Below are positions 57,168 through 64,000 of a DNA stretch of 64,000 nt, piece after piece. The notes under the pieces are model-generated. The model was not told the origin of the DNA and did not search any database. It worked only from the letters and a program-made list of their open reading frames with translations. Position 1 is the first letter of the stretch; every line of letters begins with the position of its first letter. Origin of the DNA: an uncultured delta proteobacterium (lineage in GTDB: Bacteria; Desulfobacterota; Desulfobacteria; Desulfobacterales; SG8-13); the NCBI GenBank assembly GCA_963848135.1, contig CAWKCK010000017.1, positions 962,538 to 1,026,537 on the forward strand. Direction: 5' to 3'. The position numbers and the translations under genes are program-made.

Positions 57168-57340
57168 TTAACAGGCTATTGAAAAACGTCAAAAGCGCCG
57201 GCAAGACAAGGCAAAATCCGACGAAAAAGCGGAGTTTATGTATGATAAATGAGCATTTTCGCTGAAGCGGGGGTAGGGCCCCCCGGTTCAGCCATTAACG
57301 CCGTATTGTCAAGCGCAATCGTTTTTCAACTGCCTGTTAA
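57168..57340. mobile_element. MITE family C between pdxS and pdxT
   Basis: 21-bp imperfect TIRs TTAACAGGCTATTGAAAAACG / CGTTTTTCAACTGCCTGTTAA; no ORF. Confidence 0.75.
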
Positions 57341-57344
57341 TGCA

Positions 57345-57400
57345 ATAAACTTTCACCAAAGCCGGAAGAATGGATAACGAATCGCTCAAAGCGGTAAAAG
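57345..57400. repeat. Degenerate IS200-like end remnant
   Basis: CAAAGCCGGAAGAATGGATAACGAATCGCTCAAAGCGGT resembles 53055-53086. Confidence 0.45.
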
Positions 57401-58309
57401 TTACCAACCGCGCCCGGCGAGAAGTTCATTTTCGGGTATGTCACGAACGCTGATTCCCGACATCGGTTTTCCAAGGTTTTCACTCACCCGGGCAAGGATC
57501 TCCGGGTTGTCAAAATGGGTTGTGGCTTCGACAATCGCCTTGGCGCGTTCTGCCGGATTGTCGCTTTTAAAAATACCGGAGCCGACAAACACCCCGTCCA
57601 AGCCCAATTGCATCATCATCGCCGCATCGGCCGGTGTCGCAAGTCCACCGGCAGCAAAATTAACGACCGGCAGCCGGCCCAGTTCCCGGGTCTGCTTCAC
57701 CAGGTCATAAGGCGCCCCAATGGTTTTGGCATACGCCATTAATTCCTCTTCAGGCAACTGGTGGAGTTGCCTGATTTCACTCATGAGGGTTCGAGCGTGT
57801 TTTACAGCTTCCACCACGTCACCGGTGCCGGCCTCACCTTTGGTTCGTATCATGGCCGCCCCTTCCCCGATGCGACGCAGGGCCTCGCCCAGGCCCCGAC
57901 ATCCACAAACAAATGGGACCGTAAACACATGTTTATCGATGTGAAAGCGATCATCCGCCGGGGTGAGCACCTCGCTCTCATCAACGTAATCCACACCAAT
58001 GCTTTGCAACACCTGGGCTTCGACGAAATGCCCGATTCGACATTTTGCCATCACCGGAATACTGACCGCGGCCATGATTTCGCGAATCATACCCGGATCT
58101 GACATGCGGGCCACCCCTCCGGTACGGCGGATATCCGCCGGTACCCGTTCCAGTGCCATCACAGCCACCGCACCGGCCGTCTCGGCGATAATGGCATGCT
58201 CGGGGGATACGACATCCATGATGACCCCCCCTTTAAGCATCTTTGCCATACCGCTCTTTACAGTGAATCCTCCGGTTTCTCTTAAACCACTATTTTGGAT
58301 CTCTTCCAT
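57401..58309 (-). CDS. pdxS: PLP synthase lyase subunit
   Basis: [39 protein letters not shown]; start at ATG 58309 after AGGAGG. Confidence 0.97.
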   Translation of the reverse strand: MEEIQNSGLRETGGFTVKSGMAKMLKGGVIMDVVSPEHAIIAETAGAVAVMALERVPADIRRTGGVARMSDPGMIREIMAAVSIPVMAKCRIGHFVEAQVLQSIGVDYVDESEVLTPADDRFHIDKHVFTVPFVCGCRGLGEALRRIGEGAAMIRTKGEAGTGDVVEAVKHARTLMSEIRQLHQLPEEELMAYAKTIGAPYDLVKQTRELGRLPVVNFAAGGLATPADAAMMMQLGLDGVFVGSGIFKSDNPAERAKAIVEATTHFDNPEILARVSENLGKPMSGISVRDIPENELLAGRGW

Positions 58310-58426
58310 TTTAACGCCCCTCCTTCCGGGCGGCCGCTTCTCGAAAGCCCGATCAATGCCCTGGACCGCCACTATATTTACGTTCTTGGATCATTTGTAG
58401 ATTAATACGCCAGGAAATGGTATTAA

Positions 58427-58464
58427 AACAGATACAGAATTCTATAAATTTTATCATAACAGAT
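58427..58464. promoter_or_regulatory. Candidate MocR-regulator binding repeats
   Basis: AACAGAT direct repeat at 58427 and 58458 between the divergent pdxS and regulator genes. Confidence 0.4.
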
Positions 58465-58467
58465 GGC

Positions 58468-59937
58468 GTGAGTATCAACCCGGAACCAAAGGAGAGCGAT
58501 TACTTGAAACCGTCGGGAAAGGAATTTCGTTACCGCCAATTGGCCAAGGAAATCGAACGGGAAATCCTCAGTGGGAACTACCTGGCAGGGGCGCGGCTTC
58601 CGTCTATCCGCCGACTTCACCGCCGCACCAACCTGAGCATCTCGACAATTTACCAGGCATTCGTGGAACTCGAAAAAATGGGGTTGGTGGAGGCCAGACC
58701 CCGGTCCGGATATTTCGTCAGCCCTGTGACTCTAAAGCAGATTAAAGCGCCGTTTCATCGCAAACGCTCAATACCACCCCGGGAAATCCAGCTGTCATCG
58801 GTCATCAATTCTGTGGTCACTGCGATCAACGATACCACTCTTCTGCCGCTGGGAATGACGGTCATCGATGCCGAAATGCTACCGTTTAAAGCCTTGTCTC
58901 GAATTTTAAAGGCGACAACACAGCGACAACTGAAGGACCTTTTGTCCTATGCGCTATCGGAAGGATCATTGGAATTGAAACAACGGATGGCCCATCGTTA
59001 CCTGGGGGTCGTCGAAGGAATCACCGAGGAGGATATCATCATCACCAACGGCTGCATGGAAGCGGTAGCCCTCTGCCTTCTGGCGACTGTGACGCCCGGG
59101 GGTACAGTGGCCGTCGAAGCCCCGACCAATTTCACATTCCTGCAAATGTTAAAGGAACTCGGCCTGATGGTAGCCGAAGTACCAACCGACCCACAGACGG
59201 GATTGGAAATTCAGGCTCTTGAGCGCTTGATTCACCGCACACGAATAGATGCCTGCCTTTTCATGCCCAACTTTCACAACCCCCTGGGGGCGTTGATGCC
59301 GGACCTCCATAAAAAATCGCTCGTGCGACTATTAAACGGCCATGGGATTCCCTTAATCGAAGACGACATCAGCGCCGAACTCCATTTTGGTCATCAGCGC
59401 CCTTTACCCCTTAAGGCATATGACCGCAACAATCTCGTCCTGACGTGCTCTTCTTTTTCCAAAACTCTGGCCCCGGGATTGCGGATTGGTTGGGTATTGC
59501 CCGGCAGCCGTTTCCGGGAAAAGATCCAGAATCTGAAAGCCGGAACCACCGTATCCACATCTTCCCTTGATCAGCATGTCATCGCTCAGTTCATCGGAAC
59601 CGGCAGCTACGAGAGGCACCTGCGCCGGCTGCGGGCGGCTCTGGGGCAGAATATGATTCGGACCGCAATGGCGGTTCAGAAGCATTTCCCGGATGACACC
59701 CGGTTATCGGTACCGGAGGGAGGGTCTCTCCTGTGGGTGCAGTTGCCGCCGGGTATGGACGGACTGGACGTCCACCAGAAAGCCCTTATGCGTCATATCG
59801 CAGTCATACCGGGAGTGGTGTGCTCCAATTCCGGACTTTTCAGGAATCACATCCAGATTAGCTTCGGAATGCCTTTTACTCCGACTGTAGAGGAAGGAAT
59901 CGTAACTTTAGGAAAAATGCTAACCGAGATGCGCTGA
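58468..59937 (+). CDS. MocR/GabR-family PLP-dependent transcriptional regulator
   Basis: GntR wHTH (RLPSIR, RPRSGYFV) plus aminotransferase domain (NFHNPLG, IEDD, SFSKTLAPGLRIGW); start uncertain (58417 possible). Confidence 0.92.
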   Translation: MSINPEPKESDYLKPSGKEFRYRQLAKEIEREILSGNYLAGARLPSIRRLHRRTNLSISTIYQAFVELEKMGLVEARPRSGYFVSPVTLKQIKAPFHRKRSIPPREIQLSSVINSVVTAINDTTLLPLGMTVIDAEMLPFKALSRILKATTQRQLKDLLSYALSEGSLELKQRMAHRYLGVVEGITEEDIIITNGCMEAVALCLLATVTPGGTVAVEAPTNFTFLQMLKELGLMVAEVPTDPQTGLEIQALERLIHRTRIDACLFMPNFHNPLGALMPDLHKKSLVRLLNGHGIPLIEDDISAELHFGHQRPLPLKAYDRNNLVLTCSSFSKTLAPGLRIGWVLPGSRFREKIQNLKAGTTVSTSSLDQHVIAQFIGTGSYERHLRRLRAALGQNMIRTAMAVQKHFPDDTRLSVPEGGSLLWVQLPPGMDGLDVHQKALMRHIAVIPGVVCSNSGLFRNHIQISFGMPFTPTVEEGIVTLGKMLTEMR

Positions 59938-60307
59938 TAGAATTGGCCAATCCCAAGTTTCTCTCGAATTAGAAAAGATTTGCTTCAGGGTACGGAAGGC
60001 AAAACTTATTAAATGATGAAATTTTATATTTTTGTTATTTTGCAATATTTGAATTGATCAAACCTATCAAATCGCAGAATGTTGGTGATTGGCAAATCAT
60101 AGCTTCATCTGCGATGCAATTCCTGGCGGTTGGTTTACTGGCAAGAAAACATTAGCCGGATACAACTCACAGTACTGATATGATATCACTACCCTCACGG
60201 AATTCCTCCCGACCACAATATGCTGCAGTACCCTGAATCAAACCTCATTCAAGCTATTGGCAAGCAGCACAATAACCAATATTGTCGCTCCGAATATACC
60301 TTTTGAC

Positions 60308-61702
60308 TCAGGATTTATACTCCTTTTTATCTAAACCGTGTTTGATTGCCAGCCTGCTAAATTGCCTTGTTGTGATTTTGGCTTCTTTGGCTGAGGTTTT
60401 GATTTTTCCATTGTGTTTTTTCAACAGTTTGGCAAGGTATGTACGTTCAAATTCATCGATGGCAATTTGTCTGGCCTCTGAGAGAGGCAGATCCTTTGCG
60501 CAATCAATCACCTCCATGCATAGCGAGCCAATGACCAATGTCTCTGGAAAACTCTCTTGTTTAAGTGTGTCGCCAGATCCAAGAATACAAGCCCGTTCCA
60601 ATACGTTCTCCAGTTCCCTTACATTTCCGGGCCAACTATAAGATTGCAGCGCCTCAAAAAGTCCATGTTGCAGCCTGTCAAAATTTTTTCCATATTTCTT
60701 ATTCAACTTTCCTAAACATCGATTGATCAAATGGGGTAGGTCTTCCAAGCGCTTTCTCAGTGGAGGTAGTTCTATCGGAAATACATTCAATCGGTAGTAC
60801 AGGTCATTTCGGAAATTGCCTGACGCCACCAATTGTTGCAAATCAATGTTGGTTGCGGCGATGATCCGGGTGTTGGTTTGTAGTTGTTCCGTGCCCCCAA
60901 TGCGGTCGAAGGTACCATCCTGCAATACGTGTAACAATTTGACTTGCATGGCCGGACTGATTGTCCCAATTTCGTCGAGGAAAAGCGTACCGTTATGTGC
61001 CGTCTCGAATTTACCTATTTTTCTGCGTTCAGCACCGGTAAAAGCTCCCTTTTCATGGCCAAATAATTCGCTTTCTACAAGCGTTTCAGGAATGGCACCG
61101 CAATGGACCGAGACAAATGGTCCTTCCGATCGATGGCTGTGTCGGTGAATCAACTTTGCCATCAATCCTTTGCCGGTTCCTGTTTCACCTAAAAGCAGGA
61201 CCGTGGCTATGGTAGGGGCAACACTGCGAACTTGCCGCAAAATGTATAACATATTAAGATTATTTGTATGGACGATGTCCAGCCATTCCGATTTCCAGAA
61301 TTTATCCCGCAAATATTCTAATTCCAGTTTATTAGACAGCCTTTGTCGGACAGCCTCAAGAACCAAATCGATCTCATCCCCAACGATTGGGTATATGAGA
61401 TGATCGTCGGCTCCCTGCCTAACGGCTTTAATAGCTCTCCTGACCATATTTTTTGGGGATAGTACAACCAACTGCACCTGTGGATTGAGACTTCTGAAAT
61501 GATTGGTGATTTTTTTAAAAAAGTCTGAAAAATTTTCACTTTTCAGGGTGACATCGAGAAAGACTATATCAAAGGGGTTGTCAGGAGGATCGACAGCGGT
61601 AGAAGGATCAGGAGCAATGCGCACGTTAGCCGTTTCACTGACCTTGGTTTTAATTAGTTCACAGACATCGACGTCATTGCAGAAAATCAGAACATCTTTC
61701 AT
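60308..61702 (-). CDS. Sigma54-dependent response regulator (NtrC family)
   Basis: Receiver-like N-terminus; GETGTGK, ESELFGHEKGAFTGA, LFLDEI, WPGNVREL. Confidence 0.93.
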   Translation of the reverse strand: MKDVLIFCNDVDVCELIKTKVSETANVRIAPDPSTAVDPPDNPFDIVFLDVTLKSENFSDFFKKITNHFRSLNPQVQLVVLSPKNMVRRAIKAVRQGADDHLIYPIVGDEIDLVLEAVRQRLSNKLELEYLRDKFWKSEWLDIVHTNNLNMLYILRQVRSVAPTIATVLLLGETGTGKGLMAKLIHRHSHRSEGPFVSVHCGAIPETLVESELFGHEKGAFTGAERRKIGKFETAHNGTLFLDEIGTISPAMQVKLLHVLQDGTFDRIGGTEQLQTNTRIIAATNIDLQQLVASGNFRNDLYYRLNVFPIELPPLRKRLEDLPHLINRCLGKLNKKYGKNFDRLQHGLFEALQSYSWPGNVRELENVLERACILGSGDTLKQESFPETLVIGSLCMEVIDCAKDLPLSEARQIAIDEFERTYLAKLLKKHNGKIKTSAKEAKITTRQFSRLAIKHGLDKKEYKS

Positions 61703-61862
61703 TTTTTAAACCGTATTATTGATTCACATGGATATTTTTGCAGCGTTGAGTATTAAACTATTAATCTCCATTACTTAAGTCCAAGTACCTCAAAATTAAT
61801 GATTTATCAATAAATTCATTTGGAAAATGAGAAGGATGATTTAACGAGGAAGGAAGTATTTG

Positions 61863-62141
61863 CTAAGGATATATTTTATCTGCATTGCTTATCGAATCTG
61901 AACAATCGAATCGAAAACCTTTAACATAAATAATTATCCCATTTGTTGTATTTTCAATTATACCATCTACAATAACCTTCTTATGAACAATTTGTCTCAA
62001 TCTTATACCCATAAGATCATCGGCGATCCGATACCTCCTTTCATCATATCCAGCTATTTCCACCGCAGATACTTCGCCATTTTTCCCCCAGTCAGCAGCA
62101 ATGACAATGCCTTTTAAAGTGATTGGAGTTTGTTTTTCCAT
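61863..62141 (-). CDS. Small hypothetical protein (possible OB-like fold)
   Basis: 92 aa, GIVIAADW..NG motif; preceded by a sigma54 promoter. Confidence 0.65.
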   Translation of the reverse strand: MEKQTPITLKGIVIAADWGKNGEVSAVEIAGYDERRYRIADDLMGIRLRQIVHKKVIVDGIIENTTNGIIIYVKGFRFDCSDSISNADKIYP

Positions 62142-62197
62142 CAAGTCACACCAATTGGTTTGGTAAAAGGATTACACCCCATAAAACCCAACCTTTC

Positions 62198-62213
62198 AGC
62201 AAACATCATGCCC
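62198..62213 (-). promoter_or_regulatory. Sigma54 promoter
   Basis: Minus-strand GGGCATGATGTTTGCT (GG-N10-GC). Confidence 0.65.
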
Positions 62214-62489
62214 GATTCAAACCTATGCAGCTTGATTTGTCATTTATTTGTAACCGTTTTGCCAGAAGAAGGATTCTTAAGGATCGGGGAGGGGGTGTTT
62301 GAGGATACCATCGTCAGTCCAGAAATTACCCGCGACCCCGTTTAACCGAAATGCGGCGAGAGAGCGTCAGCTAAAGTCGCTAACCATTCGGTCAGGATCA
62401 ATCGATTAATATCATCATAGAATGAAATCTGAATTGGGTGGGTATAATTACAAAACTCGATTTGAGAACCAATTTCAGCAACCCGTAAA

Positions 62490-62538
62490 CGGACATTTCG
62501 TGTCAAAATGCAAAACCGAAATCGGACATCTCATATCG
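62490..62538. promoter_or_regulatory. Tandem enhancer (UAS) candidates
   Basis: CGGACATTTCGTGTC and CGGACATCTCATATC, 33 bp apart. Confidence 0.5.
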
Positions 62539-62686
62539 CATTTTTCGTTGAAATGGTGCCCCTTAAAGACAACCGAAGATAATTAGAAACGCATTTTATT
62601 CAAAATATCGCTGCAAAGGAATAAAATTTAGAAAATATCCTAAAATTCTAAATACTTATAGGGCAACCAATTAATAGCATCGATTT

Positions 62687-62702
62687 TGGCTCGTTGTTTG
62701 CT
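62687..62702 (+). promoter_or_regulatory. Sigma54 promoter
   Basis: TGGCTCGTTGTTTGCT (GG-N10-GC), about 100 bp upstream of the kinase start. Confidence 0.65.
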
Positions 62703-62801
62703 AACTTCTGCTCAATAAACGCCGGGCAATACAATGAACCTGAACGGCAAAGTATTGATCGGACGAGACGGCAAACTTCTCAAATTTATGGACATCATTC
62801 C

Positions 62802-64000
62802 ATGGCGAACAACGGCACCTATACCCGAAGCGAGACCGCTACCGGCAAACCTTTATTCGGCAAACTGGATCGTCGGCTTCAAATTGGACTGTTAACGGCC
62901 TTCTTCATCCCAATGGCGGTGTTGTCCGCCTATTTCCATTTTCAGTTTCAACACACCTTAACCGCCATCGGCAAAAACCGTCTTATAGTGGTTGCCGAAA
63001 GCCAGAGAAATACCGTCGATCTTTTTCTTCAGGAGCGTGTGTCCAACATCATCACACTCTTTCATCACAGTGGTTTCAAGTTGTCACCCACCGAACACGA
63101 CATGATGTCGTTGTATCAAAACCTCAGACAGGCCAGCGATGCGTTTATCGATCTTGGCTTTCTTGACGAGCGTGGTATTCAAATCGGATATGCTGGCCCA
63201 TTCCCTTATCTGCAGGATAAAGAGTACAGTGGGCAGGAGTGGTATACTCGACTTATGGATCGGCAGGTCCAACATTATATTAGCGACATCTATCTGGGTT
63301 TTCGAAACAAACTGCACTTTACCATTGCCGTCAAACAAATCATCAACGGAAAGCCGTATGTTTTCAAATCCACCCTAGACCCAGACAAATTCGACCTCTA
63401 TCTTAAAACAATTTATCAGGGAGATGGTATTCAAACCTCCATCATCAACGAATCAGGAGAATATCAGGTCGTTGATCCCGCCCAAAGGCTACATCTGAAA
63501 AAGAGTGCCTATATACCGCCAGCAAATGTGCCATCAGGTGCAATTGAATATAGGCAAAAGGACCGTTCCGTGCTGATGGCACATGCTTGGTTGACCGAAA
63601 CTCGCTGGGCGCTTTTGGTTGCCGAACCGTTTGAGATCGCTTATGCCCAGCTCTATCTCGTCCGGCGAATCATGCTCATCAGCTCGGCGTTGACGATCGT
63701 CGCTGCCATTTTCCTGATCCGATTTTCCACACGGTATCTGATCAAAAAGCTTCGCGAAACAGAGGGGCAGCGAGAAGATACCTATCACCTTCTCTTACAC
63801 GCCTCAAAACTGGCTTCATTGGGTGAACTTGCCACCGGTGTTGCCCATGAGATAAACAACCCTTTGGCGATCATCATGGCTACCACCGGTGTGCTTCGCG
63901 ATATGCACAACCAGGAGTTCAAACTAGACCCTTCGCCAGAAGACGTGCTTGCAGAATTGAAAATTATCGATGAGGCCGTGTTGCGGGCCAAGCTCATCAC
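62802..64000 (+). CDS. Membrane sensor histidine kinase (Cache-like domain, NtrB-type H box), partial; absent from the ORF track
   Basis: Manual translation from ATG 62802 is open to the window end: TM, YAGPFPYL, ISDIYLGFR, TM, HASKLASLGELATGVAHEINNPL. Confidence 0.9.
   Translation, partial: MANNGTYTRSETATGKPLFGKLDRRLQIGLLTAFFIPMAVLSAYFHFQFQHTLTAIGKNRLIVVAESQRNTVDLFLQERVSNIITLFHHSGFKLSPTEHDMMSLYQNLRQASDAFIDLGFLDERGIQIGYAGPFPYLQDKEYSGQEWYTRLMDRQVQHYISDIYLGFRNKLHFTIAVKQIINGKPYVFKSTLDPDKFDLYLKTIYQGDGIQTSIINESGEYQVVDPAQRLHLKKSAYIPPANVPSGAIEYRQKDRSVLMAHAWLTETRWALLVAEPFEIAYAQLYLVRRIMLISSALTIVAAIFLIRFSTRYLIKKLRETEGQREDTYHLLLHASKLASLGELATGVAHEINNPLAIIMATTGVLRDMHNQEFKLDPSPEDVLAELKIIDEAVLRAKLI

Noticed and set aside
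1..64000. Many antisense or alternate-frame ORFs in the track (for example 9373-10203, 26715-27536, 36214-36957)
   Set aside because: They are shadows of well-supported genes and carry no motifs of their own.
1..64000. CRISPR array, tRNA, rRNA, retron or defence system
   Set aside because: I saw no regularly spaced repeats, tRNA cloverleaf, rRNA motifs, reverse transcriptase or recognisable defence operon; the repeats present are dispersed and MITE-like.

Overview
Chromosomal window from a bacterium whose gene repertoire suggests a Desulfobacterota (Desulfobacterales-like) anaerobe; the taxonomy is inferred, not looked up. In order it holds: an Mla/MCE lipid-transport operon whose ATPase carries a degenerate GGDEF domain with an intact RxxD I-site; an ABC-F ATPase; a DUF166-like gene split by an in-frame TGA with a SECIS-like hairpin (candidate selenoprotein); TPP-riboswitch-controlled cytX; a ugpC/ugpBAE transporter coupled to a glycerol-1-phosphate dehydrogenase and an Fe-S protein; chrBA; a PilZ protein; yhhN; gdhA; a ~15 kb phosphate cluster (pstCA-pstS-pstB, XXXCH protein, phoU, PIN-PhoH, DUF47-pit, phoRB) with five 11-bp-periodic YTAAC boxes; a GalT/HIT-like protein; PolX; ABM and HD proteins; a 1031-aa PHP-like membrane protein; pqiAAB; a broken nhaD carrying a PAS insert; a ~265-nt rod-like RNA candidate; pdxST with a MocR regulator; and a sigma54 regulator/kinase pair. 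Intergenic DNA contains several MITE families, IS200-like end remnants, tiny palindromes and a 5'-truncated IS4. I found no rRNA, tRNA or CRISPR array. All product calls come from motif recognition by eye; no searches were run.
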